Of a stretch of 53,849 bases of DNA, positions 45,109 through 53,849 are shown piece by piece. The stretch is from the NCBI GenBank assembly GCA_030615855.1, contig JAUWYL010000001.1, positions 1 to 53,849 of the forward strand, written 5' to 3'. Each line of letters begins with the position of its first letter. Positions within the stretch are counted from its first letter, which is position 1. Below the pieces are notes generated by a model, which was not told the DNA's origin, did no database searches, and was given only the letters and a program-made list of their open reading frames with translations. The translations under genes and the position numbers were made by a program. Source of the stretch: a bacterium (lineage in GTDB: Bacteria; UBP18; UBA7526).

Positions 45109-46227
45109 ATGAAGATTGGCATTGACATTCGGGAGATGGAAAAGGGCAAGATGACCGGGATCGGGAGATACTTGAAAAATCTTCTGGATTATATTGCCCA
45201 GGAAGACCAAAAAAACGAGTATATTCTTTTCGCTAATCAGAAGACAGAATATACTACAACGGTTAAGAATATAAAGATAAGAGTAATAAAAGGGTGGTTT
45301 GCCCCCTTTTGGGATCAAGTTCAGCTTCCCCGAGCTTTGAAAAAGGATAAAATAAATCTTTTCCTTTCCCCCTATTATAAGAAGCCATTTTTTACTCCCT
45401 GTAAATCAATAATAACAATACATGATTTAAATCCTCTCTTTCTTCCCCCAATTTCAATGAAAGGGTGGTTTAAAAATCGACTCTATTTTCGAACATTACT
45501 AAAGCTATCGAGTAGAAAGGTGGATAGGATTATAACTGTTTCACAATACTCCAAAAAGGATATTGTAGAATACTTTCGGGTTCCAGAAGAAAAGATAGAG
45601 GTAATCTGTCACTGTGTAGATGAAAGATACCGCCCCATCAGTTCTAATTCAGAAGAAGTTACCTCTAAATATGGAATTGATAGGAAATTCATCTTCTACT
45701 TTGGCAATTTTAATCCCCATAAAAATGTTAAAGCCTTAATCGAAGCCTATTATAGATTGCCGCAAAAGACAAAGGATAAATATCAGTTAGTGCTTGGGGG
45801 TAGAAGGGATAGATATTGCATGAGTTTAGAAAAAATGGTTAAACATCTAAAAATAGAAGAGCGGGTAGTCTTTACTGGTTTTATTTCTGAAGAGGATTTA
45901 CCCGCGATCTATAGTGCTGCCGAACTTTTTGTCTTTCCCTCTTTACGTGAAGGATTCGGCCTTCCCCCCTTAGAGGCTATGGCCTGTGGCACTCCGGTTA
46001 TTACCTCAAATACTACCTCTTTGCCTGAGGTGGTAGGGGAGGCGGGGATCTTAGTGAACCCTTACAACGTAGATGAGATTAAGGCAGCCATTATCGAAGT
46101 TTTGACCAATTCTACGTTGAGGAACGATTTGATCCAGAAAGGATTGGAAAGATCCCGACGATTTACATCAGAAAAGACAACTAAACAGATCCTGGAAGTT
46201 TTCGCGGAAGTTCAAGGAGAAAAGTAG
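45109..46227 (+). CDS. Glycosyltransferase family 4
   Basis: [28 protein letters not shown]. Confidence 0.92.
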   Translation: MKIGIDIREMEKGKMTGIGRYLKNLLDYIAQEDQKNEYILFANQKTEYTTTVKNIKIRVIKGWFAPFWDQVQLPRALKKDKINLFLSPYYKKPFFTPCKSIITIHDLNPLFLPPISMKGWFKNRLYFRTLLKLSSRKVDRIITVSQYSKKDIVEYFRVPEEKIEVICHCVDERYRPISSNSEEVTSKYGIDRKFIFYFGNFNPHKNVKALIEAYYRLPQKTKDKYQLVLGGRRDRYCMSLEKMVKHLKIEERVVFTGFISEEDLPAIYSAAELFVFPSLREGFGLPPLEAMACGTPVITSNTTSLPEVVGEAGILVNPYNVDEIKAAIIEVLTNSTLRNDLIQKGLERSRRFTSEKTTKQILEVFAEVQGEK

Positions 46228-46322
46228 GAGAGTAAGAAAGTAAGAAGGTGAGAAAGTGGGCAGGTGAGCAGGTGGGAAAGTGGGAAAGTGAGAAAGTAGG
46301 AAAGTGGGAGTGAAGGTGAGAT
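46221..46322. repeat. Purine-rich 8-mer tract (AAAGTRRG-like)
   Basis: aaagtagg agagtaag aaagtaag aaggtgag aaagtggg caggtgag caggtggg aaagtggg aaagtgag aaagtagg aaagtggg. Confidence 0.85.
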
Positions 46323-46325
46323 AGG

Positions 46326-48275
46326 ATGTGTGGCATCTGTGGAATGGTGGGCTTTAGTGATAAAGATTTACTAAAAAAGATGTGCGATATAATGGAGCAC
46401 CGGGGGCCGGATGATGAAGGAACCTATATCAATGCAAAATGCAAAATGCAAAATGCAAAATGTCAGGTGGGATTGGGGGTGAGGAGGCTTAAGATTATTG
46501 ATTTGGAGACTGGCCATCAGCCGATACATAATGAGGATGAGACTGTCTGGATTGTCTTTAATGGTGAAATCTATAACTATAAGGATTTAAGGATTGATTT
46601 AGAGCAAAAGGGCCACAGATTTTATACTAAGAGCGATACAGAGGTTATTGTTCATCTCTATGAGGAGTATGGCGAGGATTGTGTCAAAAACCTAAAAGGA
46701 ATGTTCGCCTTTGCCATCTGGGATGAGAAGAAAGAAAAACTCTTTCTAGCCCGCGATAGATTAGGCATCAAGCCCCTCTATTATTTTTTTCAGGATGGAA
46801 AGTTATTATTTGCTTCTACCATTAAGTCTATTTTCCAATCTTCGAAGATTGGAAGGAAGGTTAATCTTAAGGCTTTGGACTACTATCTGACCTTTCTCTA
46901 TGTTCCCGCACCAGATACCATGTTCAGAGGGATAAAGAAATTACTTCCCGGCCATACTTTAACCTGGATAAATGGCGAGGTCACTATTAAAGAGTACTGG
47001 GACCTGAAATGCAAAATGCAAAATGCAAAATTCAAAATGCAAAATGAAAAATATTATGCTGAAAGGATTTATGGGATTTTGGAGGAGGCGGTTGAGGAGA
47101 GGCTGATGAGCGAAGTGTCTCTCGGCGCTTTCCTATCCGGCGGAATAGATTCAAGCATCGTGGTTGGTCTGATGAGTAGAATAATGGACCAGCCGGTCAA
47201 GACCTTCTCTATAAGTTATGGAAAGGAGGCCCAGGCATATAACGAACTAAAATATAGCCGTCTGGTGGCAAAGCACTTCAAGACAGATCATCGGGAATTC
47301 ATAGTTGAGCCGAAAGTAATTGAACTCTTACCAAAACTCATTTGGCACCTTGAGGAGCCCTTTGCTGATTCCTCAGCCATTGTAACTTATTTAGTCTCTC
47401 AGGTAGCAAGAGAGCATGTTACCGTTGCCCTCACAGGCATTGGAGGGGATGAGGCCTTTGGCGGCTATCCCAGGTATCTGGGAGCACGCTTCGCAGAAAG
47501 TTACCTAAGGATTCCTGAATTTTTGAGAGAGAAGGTAATATCAAAAATCGTTAATGGATTACCAGAATCAACCAAGGGGAGCCATCTCGCCAATAGGCTG
47601 AAGAGGTTTGTCCGCTTTGCTCCTCTTCCTCCAGAGGAAAGATACATTAGTTGGCTCTCCTTTTTCAATGAACAGGCGAGAAGAGAACTTTATTCTGGGG
47701 CCTATCAGGATACTGATACTATGGGAATCCATAAGTCCTACTTTGAGAAAACGGGGGCAGAGGATTTTTTAAATAAAGTCTTCTATGTAGATGTTAAGAC
47801 CTATCTCCCTGACGATCTCCTCTTTATGGGGGATAGGATGAGCATGGCTAACTCTTTAGAACTGAGGGTTCCCTTCTGCGATCACAGACTCTTAGAATTC
47901 TCTGCTACTATTCCTCAGGGGATGAAGATAAGGGGATGGCATATGAAGTATCTATTGAAGAAATCTATGTCAGAGTTACTACCCCCTACCATCTTAAAAA
48001 GAGGGAAGCAGGGGTTCATGGTGCCTCTTGGTATGTGGTTTCAAAAGGAATTGAAGGATTTTACTTCCCGGATTTTATTAGGTTCCAAGACAACCGAGCG
48101 AGGATACTTTAACTCCAATTATGTGAAAAGGCTACTGGAAGAGCATTATAGCGGAAGAAAAGACAATACCCATCAGATCTGGGCATTGTTGGTCTTTGAA
48201 CTATGGTATAGAACCTTTATTGACCGTGAGGATTTCTCTAAGCCCCCAGAACTGGATGAATTATTGAGAGACTAA
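46326..48275 (+). CDS. asnB: Asparagine synthase (glutamine-hydrolysing) family amidotransferase
   Basis: MCGICG, HRGPDD, FNGEIYN, LSGGIDSS, GGDE.FGGY, E.RVPF.D; two repeat-derived inserts. Confidence 0.93.
   Translation: MCGICGMVGFSDKDLLKKMCDIMEHRGPDDEGTYINAKCKMQNAKCQVGLGVRRLKIIDLETGHQPIHNEDETVWIVFNGEIYNYKDLRIDLEQKGHRFYTKSDTEVIVHLYEEYGEDCVKNLKGMFAFAIWDEKKEKLFLARDRLGIKPLYYFFQDGKLLFASTIKSIFQSSKIGRKVNLKALDYYLTFLYVPAPDTMFRGIKKLLPGHTLTWINGEVTIKEYWDLKCKMQNAKFKMQNEKYYAERIYGILEEAVEERLMSEVSLGAFLSGGIDSSIVVGLMSRIMDQPVKTFSISYGKEAQAYNELKYSRLVAKHFKTDHREFIVEPKVIELLPKLIWHLEEPFADSSAIVTYLVSQVAREHVTVALTGIGGDEAFGGYPRYLGARFAESYLRIPEFLREKVISKIVNGLPESTKGSHLANRLKRFVRFAPLPPEERYISWLSFFNEQARRELYSGAYQDTDTMGIHKSYFEKTGAEDFLNKVFYVDVKTYLPDDLLFMGDRMSMANSLELRVPFCDHRLLEFSATIPQGMKIRGWHMKYLLKKSMSELLPPTILKRGKQGFMVPLGMWFQKELKDFTSRILLGSKTTERGYFNSNYVKRLLEEHYSGRKDNTHQIWALLVFELWYRTFIDREDFSKPPELDELLRD
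46431..46462. repeat. In-frame (GCAAAAT)n tract inside asnB
   Basis: aatgcaaaatgcaaaatgcaaaatgcaaaatg encodes NAKCKMQNAKC. Confidence 0.9.
47007..47050. repeat. Second in-frame (GCAAAAT)n tract inside asnB
   Basis: aaatgcaaaatgcaaaatgcaaaattcaaaatgcaaaatgaaaa encodes KCKMQNAKFKMQNEK. Confidence 0.9.
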
Positions 48276-49345
48276 TGAAAGCAAGAAAGAAAGTTTCTTT
48301 AGATAATATTAAAAAAATTTTAGTAATAAAGTTAGCGGGTATTGGTGATCTGATTTTAGCCAGTCCTGCCTTAAGGGCCTTGAGAAAAAGATTTCCCAAA
48401 GCCCATATTGCTCTTCTTACTACACCCAGGGCCAGTGAATTAGCCAGAGAATCTTCCTATATCGATGAACTCTTTTGTTTAAATCCAGCGAGCAAGAATT
48501 TAAAAGAAATAACAAGATTAATCAAGTCTTTACGCAAAAAGCGATTCAATATGGCAATTAATCTCTATAATCTCTTTACTTTGGGAGGAGCCCTCAAGAT
48601 GGCGCTCCTTATGTACTCAATCGGGACCCGATATCGGGTGGGTCGAGATACTGATGGCCGAGGTTTCTTTTACACTATCAAAGTGCCGGATAAGCGATTC
48701 TCTGAAAGGCATGAAGTAGAGTATAATCTGGATGTAATGCAGGCCTTAGGCGCTGATATAAAAGATAAAGGATTGGAGATTCCTATCTCTGATAAAGATA
48801 GAGAATATGTTCGAAAATTCCTTAAGCAGAACGGAATCACTGACGAAGACTTAGTGATCGGCCTCAATCCTGGTGCTTTTCGTCCTTCACGTCGCTGGAA
48901 TAAAGAAGGCTTTGCTCAAGTAGCTGACGAACTGACTGAGAGATATAAGGCTAAAATCCTCATTACTGGTGGACCAGAGGAAATAGAATTAGCCCAGGAA
49001 ATAGCAGATGTAATGAAGGCAAAACCTGCTATTACTATAGGGAAAACGACCATTAGACAATCGGTAGCTCTAGTTAAAAGATGTGATTTATTCATCAGCA
49101 ATAATACTGCGGCTATGCATATTGCAGCTGTCGTGAAAACTCCCTTGGTCGCTTTAATGGGACCCTGTTCTTTACGATACAGCCCTTATGGAAATAAGGA
49201 TAGATTTATTATGGTCAAAAAAGAAGTGGATTGTAGCCCTTGCTATAAGTTTAGATGCAGGAAGCACCTCTGTATGAAATTAATTACAGTTCAAGATGTA
49301 ATGCTGGCAGCTGAAAAACAGCTGGAGAAAATCCGAAAGGAATAG
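48275..49345 (+). CDS. Glycosyltransferase family 9 (heptosyltransferase-like)
   Basis: GIGDLIL..P.LRAL, HEVE, NPGA....RRW, MHIAA, C.PC...C....CM. Confidence 0.9.
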   Translation: MKARKKVSLDNIKKILVIKLAGIGDLILASPALRALRKRFPKAHIALLTTPRASELARESSYIDELFCLNPASKNLKEITRLIKSLRKKRFNMAINLYNLFTLGGALKMALLMYSIGTRYRVGRDTDGRGFFYTIKVPDKRFSERHEVEYNLDVMQALGADIKDKGLEIPISDKDREYVRKFLKQNGITDEDLVIGLNPGAFRPSRRWNKEGFAQVADELTERYKAKILITGGPEEIELAQEIADVMKAKPAITIGKTTIRQSVALVKRCDLFISNNTAAMHIAAVVKTPLVALMGPCSLRYSPYGNKDRFIMVKKEVDCSPCYKFRCRKHLCMKLITVQDVMLAAEKQLEKIRKE

Positions 49346-49347
49346 CA

Positions 49348-50325
49348 ATGCCTGAGAAAGTAAGCTGTAATCTGTGTGGTTTAAACAACTACCAGCTTTT
49401 ACACATTAGGTATTTTGATGATAAAATCCCCATCACTATTGTTAAATGTGATAATTGTGGTTTAATTTATACAAGTCCGAAACTTACTAAGCAAGAAATG
49501 GAAAAATTATATAAAGAGAATTATTATTACTTCCGCAGCAATTATACCTCAACCTATGAAAACCGAGATATCACCAAAGCCCAAGAAATATTCAATAGAA
49601 TCCAGAAGTTTAAAAAGAAAGGTTCGATCTTGGATATCGGATGTGGTAAGGGATGGCTATTAAGGATTGCTCAAGAAAACAACTGGAAAACATATGGCCT
49701 CGAAGTGTCGAGATACGCTTCTAATTATGCTCGAAAGAAACTAGGTCTCAATGTACTTACCGGGACAATAGCAGAAGCGAATTTTCCATCTCAATATTTC
49801 GACATTATTACCATGTTAGATGTTATTGAACACTTAGAAAACCCATTAAATGATTTAATGAAGCTTAATAAAATTTTGAAGAAAGACGGACTATTAATCA
49901 TTGAAACCCCCCATATAGGAAGTATTTATTACAAAATAACCAGAAAATATTGGGTAGGTTTCAATATATTTCATAATTATTATTTTTCTTTAACCACAAT
50001 GAAAAAAATATTGGAAAAGACAGGTTTCAAAGTTATTAAGGCAGTGACACGCCCGGTCAATTTTTTCTCCACGGAAGGGTTATGGAGGTTAGGAATTCAA
50101 GATTTTATTTTACAAACCTTAGATAAATTTGGTAAAGCAAAAAAGATAAAAGAATCGGTCAAAGCGGTAAAAAGCAAGGTAGAGATATCACGTAGTAAGT
50201 TCTTGCTTGTAGTAAATAGATTGAATGTTCTTTTAAATTTTCCAACTAATTGCTTGTTTGCTAAGTTCAATATGGGGGATCAGTTACTCATTTATGCCAA
50301 GAGAGAAGAAGCAGTAGAGGAATAA
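49348..50325 (+). CDS. Class I SAM methyltransferase with N-terminal CxxC pairs
   Basis: CNLC...CDNC; LDIGCGKG; DVIEHL. Confidence 0.88.
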   Translation: MPEKVSCNLCGLNNYQLLHIRYFDDKIPITIVKCDNCGLIYTSPKLTKQEMEKLYKENYYYFRSNYTSTYENRDITKAQEIFNRIQKFKKKGSILDIGCGKGWLLRIAQENNWKTYGLEVSRYASNYARKKLGLNVLTGTIAEANFPSQYFDIITMLDVIEHLENPLNDLMKLNKILKKDGLLIIETPHIGSIYYKITRKYWVGFNIFHNYYFSLTTMKKILEKTGFKVIKAVTRPVNFFSTEGLWRLGIQDFILQTLDKFGKAKKIKESVKAVKSKVEISRSKFLLVVNRLNVLLNFPTNCLFAKFNMGDQLLIYAKREEAVEE

Positions 50326-51482
50326 TGTCTAGAATTAAGGTATTGCATGTTCATACCTTACCAGTTGTCAGTGGTTCGGGAATAAATACTTTTCTGACTA
50401 TGAAAGGGCTGGATAGGAATAAGTATCAGGTGGATTTAGCCTGTGCCCCGGGAGGGGCACTGATAGATAAGGTTAAAAAAGAGGGCTTAGGATTCTTTCC
50501 CATAAATCATTTTAGACAGAAGATTAGTCCTTTTCATGACCTCTGGGCCCTATGGGAACTAACTCGTTTAATGAGGCAAAAGAAGTATGATATTGTCCAT
50601 ACCCACAATTCCAAGGCGGGATTTATTGGCCGTTTAGCAGCCAAGATTAGTAGAGTGCCCATAATTGTTCATACCATCCATGGTTTCGCCTTTCACGAAT
50701 ATGAGAGGCCACCCCGGAGGATACTATTCATCTTACTGGAAAGATTCGCTGCCCGGCTTTGTGACAAATTAATCACTATCTCTGAGCCATTAAAAGAGTG
50801 GGGTCTGAGGTTAGGGATTGGCAGACCAGAGAAGTATATTACTATCTATAGTGGCATTGAGGCCGAGAAGTTTAAAATTAATATCAATATCGACGAGAAG
50901 AAGAAAGAATTGGGAATAAAGCCAAAGGAGAAGATAGTTGGTGTGGTAGCCAAACTCTGGGAGGGAAAGGGGCATGAGACCATCTTAGAAGCCGCTCCTC
51001 AGGTTATCAAAGAGATACCAGATGTCAAGTTCCTCTTCGTTGGTGAGGGATACTTGAGAGAAAAGTTGGAGACTCAGGTTAGAGAATTAGGTCTATCTAA
51101 CAACATTATCTTTACTGGATTCAGAGCCGACATTCCAGAGATCACCGCTACCTTTGATCTTGCTTTACTCGTTTCCCTATTTGAGGGAATGGGAAGAGTA
51201 CTCTTGGAGGCCATGGTCATGAGAAAGCCGGTAGTGGCTACTAAGGTGGGAGGCATCGTTGATGTGGTGAGAGATGGCGAGACCGGGATATTGGTTCCAC
51301 CGGGAGATGCAGATGCTTTGGCCAAAGCGATTGTCACTCTATTAAAGGATGAGGAATTAGCCCGAAGGATGGGAGAGGCAGGGAGGAAAAGAATAGATGA
51401 AAGATTTACTGCAAGGACTATGGTAGAGAGAATTACTGAGGTCTATGAAGAACTGATTGAAAGCACAGATGAGCACAGATGA
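50325..51482 (+). CDS. Glycosyltransferase family 4
   Basis: HTHNSKAG, HTIHG, KGH, EGMG...LEAM. Confidence 0.92.
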   Translation: MSRIKVLHVHTLPVVSGSGINTFLTMKGLDRNKYQVDLACAPGGALIDKVKKEGLGFFPINHFRQKISPFHDLWALWELTRLMRQKKYDIVHTHNSKAGFIGRLAAKISRVPIIVHTIHGFAFHEYERPPRRILFILLERFAARLCDKLITISEPLKEWGLRLGIGRPEKYITIYSGIEAEKFKININIDEKKKELGIKPKEKIVGVVAKLWEGKGHETILEAAPQVIKEIPDVKFLFVGEGYLREKLETQVRELGLSNNIIFTGFRADIPEITATFDLALLVSLFEGMGRVLLEAMVMRKPVVATKVGGIVDVVRDGETGILVPPGDADALAKAIVTLLKDEELARRMGEAGRKRIDERFTARTMVERITEVYEELIESTDEHR

Positions 51483-51515
51483 TTTAGTTCGGAGTTTACA
51501 GTTCGGAGTTCGGAG
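51461..51515. repeat. Orphan arms: AGCACAGATG x2 (GxxExxY-type) and GTTCGGA heptamers
   Basis: agcacagatg agcacagatg ... gttcgga gtttaca gttcgga gttcgga. Confidence 0.7.
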
Positions 51516-51562
51516 ACAAATCAGGTTTTCGACCTGATAATTAGAGGTAAGGAGGTATAGAG

Positions 51563-52618
51563 ATGATTAATTATGGAGATGTTCTCTTTACTTTTGTCAT
51601 TGCTCTGGCCCTTTCTTTCTTCTTGACCCCGTTTATGAGAAGAATAGCCATAAGGAAGGGGATTGTTAATCAGCCAGGAGGGAGGAAGGTCCATAAAAAG
51701 CCCATCCCTTATCTGGGTGGGGTGGCCATCTATCTCGCCTTTATCTCTGCTTTATTCTTTGCCTCCTGCCTGGAGAAGTTACTCAGAAGTGAATATCTGG
51801 TGGGCCTCTTCTTAGGAGGAACACTCATCGTAATTATAGGCATGTTCGATGATATCAAAGGAGTGAGACCTTCTTTTAAATTCCTGGGGCAGATATTAGC
51901 GGCCTCTATTCTATTCAAGTATGGGTTTAGAATAGAATACATTCTCAATCCCTTTGCTGGCGGGATCATTCATTTCCCTCTGGCCTTAAGCTTCCTCATC
52001 ACCCTATTGTGGATCGTGGCCCTGACCAACGCCATAAATCTGATAGACGGTCTGGATGGTCTGGCCGCAGGGGTGGCTATCATTGCCTCTTCTATCCTTT
52101 TCATCGTCTCCCTCCAGCGTTTCAACCTCCTGGCTATCTTCATCTGTGTAGCCATTATGGGCTCCAGCCTGGGCTTCTTGAGATATAACTTCCATCCTGC
52201 CCGAATATTCATGGGCGATGCGGGAAGTATGCTCCTGGGCTTCCTTTTAGCTGCTTTGGGAACCATCGGCGTCAGCAAAGGAATGACTGCAGTCACTTTA
52301 ATGGTTCCTCTCGTTGCCCTGGGAATACCGACTTATGATACTCTTTTAGCCATCTTCCGCCGGCTCCTAAAGAGGAAGTCTATCTTCATCGCCGATAAGA
52401 AGCACCTCCACCATCGCCTCTTAGATATGGGCCTATCCCATAGAGAGGCTGTTCTACTTATTTACTTTGTCTCCATCTATCTGGGAATAATGGGCTACCT
52501 CTTCACCCTCATTCCTCTCAGATATGCCTTCATCCTCCTCATTCTGCTTAGTATGGGGACCTTTGCTGGAATAAGAACCCTGGGCTTTATAGAGAGGAGG
52601 ATAAGCAGGAAACGATGA
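51563..52618 (+). CDS. MraY/WecA/TagO family undecaprenyl-phosphate GlcNAc-1-P transferase
   Basis: RKVH..PIP.LGG, GMFDD, NAINLIDGLDGL, FMGDAGS, HLHHRL. Confidence 0.92.
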   Translation: MINYGDVLFTFVIALALSFFLTPFMRRIAIRKGIVNQPGGRKVHKKPIPYLGGVAIYLAFISALFFASCLEKLLRSEYLVGLFLGGTLIVIIGMFDDIKGVRPSFKFLGQILAASILFKYGFRIEYILNPFAGGIIHFPLALSFLITLLWIVALTNAINLIDGLDGLAAGVAIIASSILFIVSLQRFNLLAIFICVAIMGSSLGFLRYNFHPARIFMGDAGSMLLGFLLAALGTIGVSKGMTAVTLMVPLVALGIPTYDTLLAIFRRLLKRKSIFIADKKHLHHRLLDMGLSHREAVLLIYFVSIYLGIMGYLFTLIPLRYAFILLILLSMGTFAGIRTLGFIERRISRKR

Positions 52619-53849
52619 AATGTAAGCACCTACTTTTCTACTTTCTTACTTTCCTACTCTTTACTTCTTTTTTAATAGGGCCAGCCTTTGCTATAGAATA
52701 TACCTTCGTTCCCGGGGTCATCGGCATTCATACCGATATGGGCACCGGGATTTATTCTTTAGAAGAGATAGTTGAAAAACTTGGAGAAAAAGGTATTCCT
52801 GTAGTAATCGTCACAGAACATGCTCTTATCAGGTGCGAGTATGGGCTCTTTCCCCTGCGCCGGATAGTGAGAAGAGCATTCACAGAGAAATCCTTGTTGG
52901 ACTATGGGGTAGAGAATTACCTCAACTATATATCCCGAATAAATAGTTCCCATCCCAGGATGGTCATCATTCCGGGAACAGAGGTTGCCCCCTTCTACTA
53001 CTGGACAGGAAGTTACTTTAAGACAAAAGATCTGACCATGCATAACTGGCATAAGCAGTTCCTGGCCATTGGACTAAATAAGGCCCAAGATTTTAAGAAT
53101 CTACCCATGGTCTCGAATCCATTCTCAGCCCATTATACCTGGAGAAGCATCTATCTTTTCTGGCCATTTATATCCTTGGTCCTGGGTATTTGGTTAGTCA
53201 GGAAGCGCAAGGTCCAGCGGCTCAGATTTGAGGATCGTTTCTTTACCATTCCGTCTCACCCCCATCGTATTTTGGGGATAATAATAATCATTCTCTCCGG
53301 CTTATTTCTATTCAACAACTTCCCTTTTAAAATCGCCACCTACGACCAATACCATGGAGACCAGGGGGAGGCTCCCTACCAGGGATTGATAGACTATGCC
53401 AATCAGGGAGATGCCCTTACCTTCTGGAGCCTTCCTGAGGCAACTACAGATGTGAAGAGAGGGGAGGTGAGGTCCTATACCCCTCCCTTTCCAGAATCCC
53501 TCTTAGCCACTTGCAACTACACTGGCTTTACCGCTTTTTACGAAGGATGGAGAAAAGTTGCCAACCCAGGTGGAATATGGGATAAAATACTAAATGAATA
53601 CTGTGAAGGAAAGAGGGAGAGGCCAGTATGGGCTATAGGAGAGGTGGACTATCGCTATACCCGGCCGGGCAAGAGGATAGATGATGTTCAAACCGTCTTC
53701 CTTATCTCTCAACTGAACCAAGAAGCAGTACTCGATGCTTTGAGAAAGGGGAGGATGTATGCTCTTGATAACCGCGGGGAGGGAACCCTCTCGTTAGATA
53801 GTTTTGTAATAAAGAATAATGATAGAGTAGCCATAATGGGCGAAACACT
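52615..53849 (+). CDS. Exported/membrane PHP-domain-like protein, partial (runs off the window)
   Basis: MKCKHLLFYFLTFLLFTSFLIGPAFA signal peptide; GVIGIHTD..TG, VTEH, IIPGTEV; appears open to the window end; absent from the ORF track. Confidence 0.65.
   Translation, partial: MKCKHLLFYFLTFLLFTSFLIGPAFAIEYTFVPGVIGIHTDMGTGIYSLEEIVEKLGEKGIPVVIVTEHALIRCEYGLFPLRRIVRRAFTEKSLLDYGVENYLNYISRINSSHPRMVIIPGTEVAPFYYWTGSYFKTKDLTMHNWHKQFLAIGLNKAQDFKNLPMVSNPFSAHYTWRSIYLFWPFISLVLGIWLVRKRKVQRLRFEDRFFTIPSHPHRILGIIIIILSGLFLFNNFPFKIATYDQYHGDQGEAPYQGLIDYANQGDALTFWSLPEATTDVKRGEVRSYTPPFPESLLATCNYTGFTAFYEGWRKVANPGGIWDKILNEYCEGKRERPVWAIGEVDYRYTRPGKRIDDVQTVFLISQLNQEAVLDALRKGRMYALDNRGEGTLSLDSFVIKNNDRVAIMGET
52627..52667. 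repeat. Pyrimidine-rich 8-mer tract, inverse of the 46221-46322 family
   Basis: cacctact tttctact ttcttact ttcctact ctttactt. Confidence 0.7.

Noticed and set aside
46326-48275. AsnB as a lasso cyclase for the 3627 peptide (Thr at -2 and Glu9 would fit if the core starts at AVVC)
   Set aside because: It has an intact N-terminal Cys glutaminase domain, lies over 40 kb away among glycosyltransferases, and no lasso B2 peptidase is visible
39-53052. Numerous short antisense or overlapping ORFs in the track (e.g. 1622-1996, 21419-21904, 22177-22788, 52759-53052)
   Set aside because: They are shadows of well-supported genes on the other strand or frame and show no recognisable motifs

Overview
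Bacterial window with three blocks. (1) About 0.9-8.6 kb is an RRE-dependent radical SAM RiPP-like cluster: HprK-related kinase, PqqD/RRE, rSAM-SPASM, an unannotated 49-aa 3-Cys precursor at 3627-3776, an S26-peptidase/nucleotidyltransferase fusion and a convergent ABC exporter. It is interleaved with a GxxExxY cassette, a PaaX-like gene and eight copies of a 34-bp palindrome, five of them in an array. (2) About 8.7-17.8 kb is a signalling block: PAS proteins, a GAF histidine kinase, REC/HTH_17 regulators and two HD-GYP proteins. It also holds an AT-rich sigma54-like/GIY-YIG cassette bounded by a 24-bp direct repeat and an apparently circularly permuted receiver domain. (3) About 17.8-53.8 kb is a long same-strand Wza/Wzc/Wzy/Wzx surface-polysaccharide locus rich in glycosyltransferases, methyltransferases and radical SAM enzymes. 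Two copies of an unrecognised, highly structured ~170-210 nt element lie in the leader of the long run and directly after wzc. Throughout, small genes (GxxExxY, four-helix bundle) are bracketed by inverted arrays of 6-10 nt repeats, and orphan arms of such repeats occur between and inside genes. All calls come from reading motifs by eye; no database searches or folding programs were run.
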